Shown: positions 1-8,600 of the stretch, one piece after another
Position numbering within the stretch: position 1 is the first letter of the stretch
Layout: every line of letters begins with the position of its first letter
Assembly: GCA_013425455.1 (NCBI GenBank)
Contig: JACCLI010000077.1
Location: 1 to 51,203 of the forward strand
Direction: 5' to 3'
Length of the DNA: 51,203 nt
Origin: Candidatus Micrarchaeota archaeon
Lineage (GTDB): Archaea; Micrarchaeota; Micrarchaeia; Anstonellales; Bilamarchaeaceae
Program-made: the position numbers and the translations under genes
Notes under the pieces: model-generated
Databases searched by the model: none
Told to the model about the DNA's origin: nothing
The model's input: the letters and a program-made list of their open reading frames with translations, nothing else

Positions 1-1063
1 ATGTCTTGAGCCCGCCGTATTTGGTGTAGCTCTTTCCCCGTATCGCGACGTCCGCGTCCCCGACAAGTGCGTCGGGTTCCGGATAGAGGAAGCTGCAGGC
101 CCTCGATGAGTCGATGGCATATAGTTTCCCCTCCTGCGTACCCAGGATTATCTGGCTCCTTATCACGGAGGGCGGGTGGGGCCAGTCGCTGAACTGCCTT
201 TTCATCACCACTGTCCCATCGCTTCCGCTTATCCCGTAGAGGCTCTTGCGGGTGGAGAAATACACCACGTTTCCGTCCACCGCAACCTCGCCCTCCGGCA
301 TGCTGTCCACCCTTGCCTTCCAGGCGAGCTCCCCGTTGTTCATCGCGTATACCCATCCGTTTGCGGTCCCGAAAATTATGTATGCCCCAGCGTGCGCCGG
401 GGTCGTCGTGATGATTTCGCCCGCGTTGTAGCCCCAGAGCACCCTGTTCTGCGCTACATCCACCGCATAGAGTATGCCCTCGCTCGTTCCAGCATAGGCG
501 ATTCCTGACCAGACCATCGGCCTTGTGTTCCAGAACGGGCCGGTCTCAATCTCCAGGAATTTCTCGCCCGTGCTCCTTAGGGCGACCAGTTTCCTCCCAG
601 AGCCAAAAACAACATATCCCGCGAGTTCCGCAGAAGGCTCGTTCGCATCCGTGGTATTGTAATTCCAGGCGAGCCGCCCCATGTCGTCCAGGGCAGCCAC
701 CCCCTTCGAGGTTGCCACATATACCTTGTCCGTGGCTGCGGTGATGCCACGCACATCCCTCGTAGTGTATGTCCAGGCAATTCCGCCCGCCGAATTAAGC
801 GCATACACGGTTGTGCCAGTAGCGAATACAATCTTGTCCCCAAAAACCGCCGGGTCGCCCACGATGCTCCCGTTGAATTTCTGCGTCCACTTCTGCACCC
901 CAGCCTCTATGCCATAGACTGCGCCCTTCTCGGTGCCGACAACTATGGTGTTGCCGAAAAGCGCGGGCCTCGTCGTAACGGCGCCATCGGCACCGAAAAC
1001 CCAAAGCTGGCCCGCGAAAGAAAGAGAAATAAAAAGCAAAAACAGGAGATGGAGCGCCCTCAT
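1..1063 (-). CDS. Secreted PQQ-like (BamB-type) beta-propeller repeat protein; C-terminal end runs off the window
   Basis: Absent from the ORF track because it is open to the window edge. Hand translation of the minus strand from ATG at 1063..1061 gives MRALHLLFLLFISLSFAGQLWVFGADG (signal-peptide-like). Uninterrupted blade-like repeats follow (GAVYGIEAGVQKW, TVYALNSAGGIAW, ILYAVDVAQNRVLW, WVYAMNNGELAW, KLYAIDSS), with no stop down to position 2. Confidence 0.7.
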   Translation of the reverse strand, partial: MRALHLLFLLFISLSFAGQLWVFGADGAVTTRPALFGNTIVVGTEKGAVYGIEAGVQKWTQKFNGSIVGDPAVFGDKIVFATGTTVYALNSAGGIAWTYTTRDVRGITAATDKVYVATSKGVAALDDMGRLAWNYNTTDANEPSAELAGYVVFGSGRKLVALRSTGEKFLEIETGPFWNTRPMVWSGIAYAGTSEGILYAVDVAQNRVLWGYNAGEIITTTPAHAGAYIIFGTANGWVYAMNNGELAWKARVDSMPEGEVAVDGNVVYFSTRKSLYGISGSDGTVVMKRQFSDWPHPPSVIRSQIILGTQEGKLYAIDSSRACSFLYPEPDALVGDADVAIRGKSYTKYGGLKT

Positions 1064-1067
1064 CGGC

Positions 1068-1541
1068 TCACTTCAGCAACGAATCGTGCTTCCCGCCGTC
1101 AATTTCCCTTATCACGACCCTTGCATCCTTCCCGTCTATCTTCACGCCGAGGCTCTTGCACGTGCCCGCGACCTCCTTGGCTACATCCTTCAGGTGCTTG
1201 CCGAGGGAGTTGCTGCTCTTCCCCTTCGCGATGCGCACGAGCGCCTCGAATGAGATTTCGCCCGCAGGGGCCTCCGCGTTCCCCGCGCCCTTCTCTATCC
1301 CAGCCTCCTTCTTCACGAGCTCGGAGGTGGGCGGGCTGCCCACGTGGACCTCGAACGACTTGTCGTCCGTGTTTACGACTACCTTTACCGGGACCTTCAT
1401 CCCTGAGAAAGCATGAGTCATCTCATTTATCTTCGCGACAACCGGGCCGGCGTTTATGCCCATGGGGCCGAGCGCCGGGCCGAGTGGCGGGCCCGAGGTT
1501 GCCTTTCCGCCTTCAACAATCGCATCAATCGTCTTCTTCAT
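1068..1541 (-). CDS. rpl11: 50S ribosomal protein L11 (uL11)
   Basis: 157-aa ORF; MKKTIDAIVEGGKATSGPPLGPALGPMGINAGPVVAKINE is the canonical uL11 N-terminal domain. Confidence 0.95.
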   Translation of the reverse strand: MKKTIDAIVEGGKATSGPPLGPALGPMGINAGPVVAKINEMTHAFSGMKVPVKVVVNTDDKSFEVHVGSPPTSELVKKEAGIEKGAGNAEAPAGEISFEALVRIAKGKSSNSLGKHLKDVAKEVAGTCKSLGVKIDGKDARVVIREIDGGKHDSLLK

Positions 1542-1592
1542 AGAATCTACCGTTGAACTTTATATTCCCTTAGACGTCTTTTTAAAGGATTT

Positions 1593-3428
1593 CTATTTGC
1601 CTTCCATCGCCTTTTTCAGCTCCCCCGCGTCCACCCTCAGCCTGTATTCCCTCATTATCGCCCCGAAATCCTTCTTCTCCCTCACCAGCTTCTTCAGCTC
1701 CGCTCCGGAGATGTGCTCAAGCCCCTTCGCAGCTTCCCGCACTCCTTTCCCAGCGCACATTCCGCGCAAAACATCCGGAATCGCAGCCTTCACAAACAAT
1801 CCCTTTCCGTACTCGGCAAACAATTCCATCAACTGTTCCCGCGGCCTCGCCAATTCCAATCCTTCCCTGCGCAATTCCACCAATGTTTGCTCGAGCGTGC
1901 TTGCGGCGAGCATCGGCTCCGCGCCCGCTTTCACCAATTCCTCAAATAATTGCAAATTCCTGGATTTGAGCATCCTCCCCGCCATCTCCGGATTAAGGAC
2001 GCCCGCGAGCCATTCGCTCTTCTTCTCCAATCCACCTCCCGCAGCCGCCTTCGCTTCCTCCAGCAATTTATCCGTAATAGTAATCGTCTTCAAATCCGTT
2101 TCCGGATACATTCTCGAGCGCCCTGCGAGAGGGCGCATGAAAGAAGATGTCCCATCGGGATTAGCTTTCCTGGTCTCCTCCGGAACCTTCCTCATGTTAG
2201 CCCTTTCCAAAACCTTGTGCAATGCGCGCTCCGCGGTGGTTTTGTGCGCGACCACCATCGCAAAAGCATCCCCTTTCTTCACTCCCAGCTCTTTCCGCAC
2301 CGCCTCCTTCTCCGAATCGCTAATCTTGTATTTCGCAAAATCCTCGTCACTATGGATGATTCCCTTCACTCCCGCGCTCTTCGCATAATCGCTCAATTCG
2401 GTTCCGTACCTCCTTCCTGGCAGAAGCTCATGCCCGATAAGCCCCTCGTGCCCCTCCAAGCGGGCACCCAGCACACAGCCACCAGCATCCATCCCTTTTT
2501 TGATGAGCCCGCACTCGGTTTTTTCAAAAGTTTTCGTAAGGTCCACAATCTTCGGCTTCAACTCTTTTTCCCCGACCCTCTTCTTTATTTCCGCAAGCAA
2601 TTTTAGCAGTTCCTCCTGCCTCTTCACTTCATTTTGCACATAAAGCGGGAGCGTCTTCAAATCCTGCGCGCCCTTTATCTCCACGCGCGTCCCTTTTTCC
2701 GTGGAAACGTTCACGTCCTGCCGTATGGTCCCTATTCCCCGCGCAACCTTTCCCGTCGCACGCAAAATGAGCCCAATCTTTTCCGCCGTTTCCTTGCAAT
2801 GCTCCGCATCCACAATGTCCGGCTCCGTAGCCAGCTCAATCAATGGTATTCCCAGCCTATCCAACCTATAATGTTTGATGTGCGCCTCCTCGGAAACAAT
2901 TCCGGAGCTCTCCTCCTCCACCGCAACCGAAGAAATCCGAACTTTCCCCTTGCTCGTCTCCAGATATCCGCCCGTAGCCACAAGGCACGTGCGCTGGAAG
3001 CCGGAAGTGTTGCTCCCGTCCACAACTATTTTCCTCATTATATGCAGCTCATCAAAAATGTCCATGTGCAATTGCTGTGCAATCCCAAGCACAATGCGAA
3101 GCGCCTCGGCATCCGCCTCCAAGGGCGGCTCCTCGTCCGCCTCCACCAGGCAGCAGCTCTCCGCGAACCCGTCGTAGTGGAATTCCTTCTCCTTCTCCTG
3201 CTCGGTCTTCGCGGCCAAATCCACCTCCCCGGTCTCGCCCGCGCTCGCCCTCAATCTCCTTTTGAATTTGTAATCAGGTTCGCGCTCCGCAAGCTCGGAG
3301 GAGCACCTGCAGAACAGCTTGCCAGTGTCAAGGCGCTGGTGGATCTCAAGCCCGCACTTCATGCGCTGCATTTGTTGGGCAAGATTTATAGAGGATAAGG
3401 CACTTTCGTAGTGGGTAACTTTTTCCAT
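1593..3428 (-). CDS. gatE: Glu-tRNA(Gln) amidotransferase subunit E (GatE)
   Basis: 611-aa ORF with GLEIHQRLDTGKLFCRC and the GatB/E-like core and tail. The real start is probably the internal ATG at 3371 (MQRMKCGLEIHQ) or 3362. The ORF-track N-terminus MEKVTHYE... reads through an inverted-repeat arm. Confidence 0.93.
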   Translation of the reverse strand: MEKVTHYESALSSINLAQQMQRMKCGLEIHQRLDTGKLFCRCSSELAEREPDYKFKRRLRASAGETGEVDLAAKTEQEKEKEFHYDGFAESCCLVEADEEPPLEADAEALRIVLGIAQQLHMDIFDELHIMRKIVVDGSNTSGFQRTCLVATGGYLETSKGKVRISSVAVEEESSGIVSEEAHIKHYRLDRLGIPLIELATEPDIVDAEHCKETAEKIGLILRATGKVARGIGTIRQDVNVSTEKGTRVEIKGAQDLKTLPLYVQNEVKRQEELLKLLAEIKKRVGEKELKPKIVDLTKTFEKTECGLIKKGMDAGGCVLGARLEGHEGLIGHELLPGRRYGTELSDYAKSAGVKGIIHSDEDFAKYKISDSEKEAVRKELGVKKGDAFAMVVAHKTTAERALHKVLERANMRKVPEETRKANPDGTSSFMRPLAGRSRMYPETDLKTITITDKLLEEAKAAAGGGLEKKSEWLAGVLNPEMAGRMLKSRNLQLFEELVKAGAEPMLAASTLEQTLVELRREGLELARPREQLMELFAEYGKGLFVKAAIPDVLRGMCAGKGVREAAKGLEHISGAELKKLVREKKDFGAIMREYRLRVDAGELKKAMEGK

Positions 3429-3454
3429 TTTTACGCAAATTTATTACCCACTAC
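3408..3454. repeat. Perfect 11-bp inverted repeat GTAGTGGGTAA-N25-TTACCCACTAC (copy 1), at the gatE 5' region
   Basis: Arms at 3408..3418 and 3444..3454 read directly from the sequence, with an AT-rich 25-nt spacer. The same architecture recurs at 4407..4453. Confidence 0.9.
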
Positions 3455-3480
3455 AAATCAGCACCGCGGGTTCATCCCAT

Positions 3481-4398
3481 TCACTCCGCCGCCCCAATCC
3501 AAAGGTCCAGCGCCACGCCAAGCTCCTTCGCAACCATCGAAGAAAGGGGCCTGAAATCCCCATCATCCGCGCTTTCCAGCGCATCGTAATAGGACTTGCG
3601 CACCCTCCTCCGCAGAACTATTGGTGGAAACCCTGCCCTCATCAACCTCAGGTTCGAAAGCAGCCGCGCCATCCTCCCGTTTCCGTCCACGAAGGGGTGT
3701 ATCCACGAAACAAGGTGGTGGATTTTTACCGCGGATTCAACCGCCGCGGCGCCCTGCCTCTTTGAGTTCAGCTCGGTTATGGCCTCTTTCATCAGCCCCG
3801 GGACATCCTTCCATTTCGGCGGCATGTGCCTGGACTGCGTTATGAACACCTGCTCCCTTCGATAAAACCCCGCATTCCCCGGGCTTATCCGGTCAAGGAT
3901 CGCCGCGTGCAGCGCCAAAACGTCGCATTCAGCCACCTTCGCCTTCCTGTCCGCGATTTTTCCAAGCAGATGGAGCGCCTCGCGGTGGTTGGTCGCCTCA
4001 AGGTGCTCCCTCATGCTTTTCCCCCCTATCGTTATCCCTTTCTCAAGCACCAGGTAGGTCTCCTTGAGCGAAAGCCTGTTGCCCTCTATCGCGTTTGAGT
4101 TGTAGGTCATATCCACGTCGAATTTCTTCGCAAGGCTTTCAAGCGTATTCCTGGGCAGGGGCCGCAGCCCGTTCAGTTTTTTCAGCTTCCCTTCCAGCGC
4201 GAATGCGGTCCCCTTGTCAAGCATCGCGTATTTCATCGTAGGCGGCTTCAGCCCGTGCCTTTTGCAGTGTTCCAGCATCTTTTCGCGGTTCCCCAGATAC
4301 CTGAGAACGTGCTGCCTCGCCTTGCCGCCCTCCCGCACGCTCTCCACAAGCTCGTAGTAGAATGTTGAGCCTTTCTTCCTTTCCCGCACGAATGCCAT
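3481..4398 (-). CDS. Fic family protein (AMPylase-type), class II with an internal inhibitory helix
   Basis: 305-aa ORF. The canonical Fic motif HPFVDGNGRMARLL matches HxFx(D/E)GNGRxxR. SNAIEGN upstream matches the (S/T)xxxE(G/N) inhibitory motif. The N-terminus KGSTFYYELVESVREGGKARQHVLRYLG is a segment common in Fic proteins. Confidence 0.9.
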   Translation of the reverse strand: MAFVRERKKGSTFYYELVESVREGGKARQHVLRYLGNREKMLEHCKRHGLKPPTMKYAMLDKGTAFALEGKLKKLNGLRPLPRNTLESLAKKFDVDMTYNSNAIEGNRLSLKETYLVLEKGITIGGKSMREHLEATNHREALHLLGKIADRKAKVAECDVLALHAAILDRISPGNAGFYRREQVFITQSRHMPPKWKDVPGLMKEAITELNSKRQGAAAVESAVKIHHLVSWIHPFVDGNGRMARLLSNLRLMRAGFPPIVLRRRVRKSYYDALESADDGDFRPLSSMVAKELGVALDLWIGAAE

Positions 4399-4406
4399 GG
4401 GAAAAT

Positions 4407-4453
4407 GTAGTGGGTAAGAATTTTTAAAATTATCATTTTAGTTTACCCACTAC
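4407..4453. repeat. Perfect 11-bp inverted repeat GTAGTGGGTAA-N25-TTACCCACTAC (copy 2), 8 nt upstream of the Fic start
   Basis: Arms at 4407..4417 and 4443..4453. The spacing is the same 25 nt as copy 1, but the spacer sequence differs. Confidence 0.9.
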
Positions 4454-4463
4454 ATTAGCAGGC

Positions 4464-4492
4464 CGCTGGTGGATCTCGAGGCCGCATTTCAT
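4464..4492 (-). pseudogene. Remnant of a gatE 5' end (encodes MKCGLEIHQR)
   Basis: The 29 nt cgctggtggatctcGagGccgcaTttcat match 3334..3362 of the live gatE at 26 of 29 positions. All 3 differences fall on third codon positions. The reading frame does not continue into a gatE body. Confidence 0.65.
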
Positions 4493-4543
4493 ATACTCAG
4501 CATAATGAATAAAACCTAAAGAAATAATAAAGATGCTGGACGG

Positions 4544-4993
4544 CTATTCTCTGAGCTCTTCTTGTAGGCGCTTTAGCACTCCTTGGATTGTTGCCGGATC
4601 CATAGACCCGAATTCAAAATTCCCACTGTTCTCCATATTAAATTGCATATTGCCTAAAAGGTCTCTCCAACTATCGTTTATCGCATGCCTTGCAGCCACC
4701 ATTGCGTCAAGTGCGCCTGGCAGGCACCTCACATCCTGCTCGTATGCCTCTTTTACAACCCTCATTAATTCCAGAGCCTGCCCATAATTAATATCAAGGG
4801 TCCCCTCCCGCGCCCTCCTGCCGAGCTCATTTACAGCCTGCAGCCGGACTTCCGGGTCCTGATTTTTGCAGAATTGTACGAGCCATTCTGCAGATTGTTC
4901 CGCCATGGGCCCCATGGGATGAATTTCCCTTATGGGAACTGTTGTTGGAAATTGGACTTCCGGAGTTCTTTCCTTTTGTTTAGGTTCAGGCAT
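4544..4993 (-). CDS. Hypothetical protein, paralog of the 9956..10651 product (one copy of a shared ~60-aa helical module)
   Basis: The ORF track gives 4544..5056. I prefer the ATG at 4993 (MPEPKQKERTPEVQFP) because it aligns with MPQPVQKSKEGVEWP of the paralog and sits behind the conserved promoter-like block. Shared module: AVNELGRRAREGTLDINYGQALEL versus AIGELNRRIQNGSLVLSDEQKQNL. Confidence 0.6.
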   Translation of the reverse strand: MPEPKQKERTPEVQFPTTVPIREIHPMGPMAEQSAEWLVQFCKNQDPEVRLQAVNELGRRAREGTLDINYGQALELMRVVKEAYEQDVRCLPGALDAMVAARHAINDSWRDLLGNMQFNMENSGNFEFGSMDPATIQGVLKRLQEELRE

Positions 4994-4999
4994 AGCTTC

Positions 5000-5034
5000 A
5001 CCGTGCAATAGTTCCTTCTCAACATTTATAATAT
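5000..5034 (-). promoter_or_regulatory. Conserved promoter/5'UTR block (TATA-like ATTATAAAT plus GGTG near the ATG), copy 1
   Basis: Plus strand accgtgcaatagttccttctcaacatttataatat versus 10658..10691 accatgcaatattccttctcaatatttataatat. There are two mismatches and one indel, and both copies sit at the same distance from the ATG. Confidence 0.5.
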
Positions 5035-5229
5035 AATAATATCCAGCCAATTTCAAATCTTATCCGTACATCACAACCAACACATATTAGGCTCGCTACT
5101 GCAGATAAAGTTTATAGATTATTCAGCCGCGCAAAATACGCAACCCCAGCGCATAATAATAGGATTTCGCGTATTCTTGCTCGATATAATCCGAGGTGAG
5201 CCTGCCTGCATTAGCCGCAGCAGGAAAAA

Positions 5230-5502
5230 TCATCCTGACTGTTCGCCCGTGACCTCCCTTCTGTAAGTCCTTCTCCTGAACTCGTCCCCACTCTCACTAG
5301 TTACTGAGGGGCGCATCCACCTGTTCCCATCGCTGAATCCGCGGAAACCCCTGTCCATGTCCTCTACCATGATTTCCATCAGTTCAAACATCCTGGCCGA
5401 GCCAGGTAGGAGGGCTTCTTGGCTCTCCCGCTTTGGCATCTTCTTTGAGGCCATTAATTTCCTTGCAGCATCAGCAGGGGCGTTGATTTGTTTTGTGGAC
5501 AT
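5230..5502 (-). CDS. Hypothetical 90-aa protein
   Basis: ORF only, with no motif I can name. Divergent from the giant gene. A hairpin-like cctgcctgc...gcagcagg lies just downstream of its stop. Confidence 0.4.
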   Translation of the reverse strand: MSTKQINAPADAARKLMASKKMPKRESQEALLPGSARMFELMEIMVEDMDRGFRGFSDGNRWMRPSVTSESGDEFRRRTYRREVTGEQSG

Positions 5503-5540
5503 AAGTAATATACTGCAATAGAGTTTTTAAATGTTACGTT

Positions 5541-5557
5541 TTGACACTTATTGACAC
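5541..5557. promoter_or_regulatory. Tandem TTGACAC-N3-TTGACAC direct repeat in a divergent promoter region
   Basis: TTGACAC at 5541..5547 and 5551..5557, a 10-bp period, in the AT-rich 132-bp spacer between the 90-aa gene and the 1314-aa gene. Confidence 0.3.
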
Positions 5558-5634
5558 ATATAACTGAAAAATAATCCGAATCAGGAAACTATTAAAATAG
5601 TCTTTGGGTAATCCAATGCATGGAAGGGATGTGA

Positions 5635-8600
5635 ATGCCTGCCGGAGCGCTGATGGAGCAACCTGGAACTTCTGCAGCCCATATGGTTGAGGAGACCCAG
5701 GCGATGGCCGCCGCCCTGCGCAGCCAGCTTTCCCAGAATTCCAATGCGCTTGCGGGAACTCCCTGCCCCGCCGATATTTTCAGCGGGCTGGATGGGCTCG
5801 CCGAGGAGCGCGTGCATCAGTTTGAGAGCTTCGTGCGTGGGGAATCCTTCTCGGTTTCAGGAAGCGGGATGGGCCGCGAGAACCTTGAGCGCCTTCAGGG
5901 GATTTCTGCCGCTCTTGAGCAATATGGCATAGTAGTTGAAGTGGATCCGGAAGGAGGCAGCTTCACCTTAACCAACAACAATTACATCCCGTTGAGCGTA
6001 ATAACGGAAGAAACGCGTGTTGCGCTCGCCGAGGCCAACAATTTTGCTTCAGGCTGCCTCGAGCAGGCGGATTCCCTGATTTCCCAGGGAAGGCTTGGTG
6101 AGGCAGATGCATACCTTCGGTGGGCCGGGGCAATACAGGCGAGATATTCGGAATATGTGGAGGGCGCAAGGTTCCTGGATGAATTATTTTCCGAGAAGGA
6201 CGGGCTTTCTTCGCTTCCCTCCGAAGGAATTGACGATCCGGGCCGCGCAAGGGAAAAGCTAAGCGAAATCGTAGGATATCCTATTTCCGCGCAGGATTTC
6301 CCTGCGGAATTTGAGCGCAGGATGGGAGTAAGCTGGGAAGATTTCAAGGATAGAGGGTTCGCCTCTTTGGTGGTGCGGAGCATTGACGATGCGATTGGGA
6401 AGATGCAGGAAGGGCTTTCCGCGCTGGAAACGCGGCTGCGCGAGATGTGCGCCGCATCCTCCGAAGCCATAATTGGTGCAGATATGCAGGCATACCTCCC
6501 GCCGCAGGAATATTTGGAGGATGTTTTATTTGCGAGGGATTCTGCCCTTTTTTCTACGGGCATAAAGAAGGACATACTCACAGTAACGGAAGTGAGGGAT
6601 GTAGCGGGAAAACTTAGGGATGAGCGGTTTGAGGGCGTACATGAGTCTGATCTACTTGATATGCTTGATGAAGAAAGGGACCGCATTAAGGGAATGTACG
6701 TGGAGGCGGCGAGCAATCTTGTGGAATCCATTTTACTGAAGGCTCTGATTCCGGTGGGCGAAGGGGCGGAACGCAATGCCGAGATGGAGAGCAATTACGC
6801 GCGGGCACAGGAGGCAAGGCTGAGGGGAGCAGAATTCCTCGCAAGGGGGGAAGGGATGATTCCAGGGCTGAATGCGAAGTATGCTCTTGCCTCCCGGTAT
6901 GCTGGGGTGCAGGATGCGCTGATGGCTAATGATTTTGGGAATGTCGGCACATCGGACCGCGAAGAGCTCATTACAGAGAGGAACAACCTTGTAGATGAAA
7001 TCTCACGCGCGGTAAGGGAAGGCGGCGAAGTGGAAAACCTTGAAGGCAGGATGGCTTCGCTGGACAGGAGCTACACATATATGCAAATCAGGGATTTCTG
7101 GGCGGCCTACCAGTTCGAAGGGGTCGAGGGTGTTGCTGGGAAATTTCGCCTGGAAAGGGACAGGGATGCACTGTTGGATTCCCTTGAGGCTTCACTGCAG
7201 AGCGGCAGCGAGATAGTTAACCTTGACGCGCGGCAGGGTGAGCTGCTTGCAATGCACGAGCGGTGCGCCGCATACGAGCTGCTCGTGAAAACGATTTATG
7301 CCAGCCAGAAGGAAAGGATAGAGGGCATCCAAAATCAATTTTATGAATGGAACGATTCTGTGGAGTACAACCTCAACAGAATTCCCGGGGAAGTGAGGGG
7401 GATAATAGCAACCCCTGGCTTTGAATTTGCCTCCACAGGAGACTACTGCGTTGACACCAATGCCCTTCTTGCGGATTATACCCAAACAAAAAGGCAAATC
7501 AAGAATGATATGTACGGCCTTAGGGACGAAGTGAGAATAGGGTTGGGGGCACTGCTGGGCAATCTTGATGCGTGGTATAACGAGGCGATGGGATACGCGC
7601 CGGTTGATATCGAACTCGACGATTCAGGGGACAACATCACAAATCTCCGCGAGCGCTTCTCATTTGATACGAACCCTGCGCTGGCTAGGCTCAGGGATAT
7701 CCACCAGAACACGGAAGTGGCAGCTGCACACCTCTCGGAAAGGATAGCCGTCATAAATAATCCATTTAACCAGATGGTAAATGAACTCAACAAGATAGTG
7801 GAGTCGCAGCGAACCATCGCAGCCATGTACCAGCTGGCGAGCGCGCTTGACCTGGTGAGTACCGCAACTGTTGGTATATTGGCAGTATGGAACCTCCCCA
7901 CCGTATTCGCAGCAGGCAGGAGCATAGCCAATGCGGGTCGCTCGGCGCTTGCAAGCATAGAGGCAGTATCCCCGGCTGTTGCTACGGGAATAAGGCTTGG
8001 CGCCACCGGCTTATCCCTCGGGTTGAGCGCTTATGGGGGCGTGAAATTCAGTGAAGGGGTGAGCCGGTTAAGGTCGGCAGAAACCGCAGAAGAGAAAGTG
8101 GCCGCAGCCGAACAGATGTTCGAGGGGGCGCTATGGATAGGCTCGCTGGGCTTTGCCTCGCGGCTTTCCCCCGAACTTCTCCGTACGGCGCGCGCAATGT
8201 CAGTAGGGCTGGATCTGGCTTCGATTGCGGCCATTGCCCCTTCCGTTGCCTCCCTCGGCTACGCAATGAGCGAGAGAGGGGATGTAAGCGGATGGGATGT
8301 TGCGAAAATCGCTTTCTGGACCGGCCTGGCGATTACCGGCGCATATGTCGGGATAAGGGTAGCGGGAGGCATGAGGGCGGTTGCGAGGGAAGGCGCGGAG
8401 ATTGCAGGAGAGGCGAAAATAATTTCTATAGATGAATTTGCGCGCGCAATCAGGGAGGCGCCTCCGCCACAGGGGGCCAGGGTTGCGGCAGAAGCTGCTG
8501 CGCCTCCCGCGCCTTTTGTCAGGGAAGCGGAAGCGGCTGCGCCCCCAGGTGCGGTTGTGCCGGAGAGGGTTCCAGCTCCGCGCACAACTCCCGCGGGGCC

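Noticed and set aside
3372-3428. gatE N-terminal 19 codons (MEKVTHYESALSSINLAQQ), considered as a genuine extension.
   Set aside because: The segment includes one arm of the inverted repeat and part of its AT-rich spacer. GatE proteins normally start about 10 residues before GLEIHQ, so an internal start at 3371 or 3362 is more plausible.
5230-5502. Possible Hsp20/alpha-crystallin fragment in the 90-aa ORF (RWMRPSVTSESGDEF resembles W.P.vD..E..de).
   Set aside because: The similarity is limited to a few residues and the rest of the alpha-crystallin domain is missing. It is left as hypothetical.
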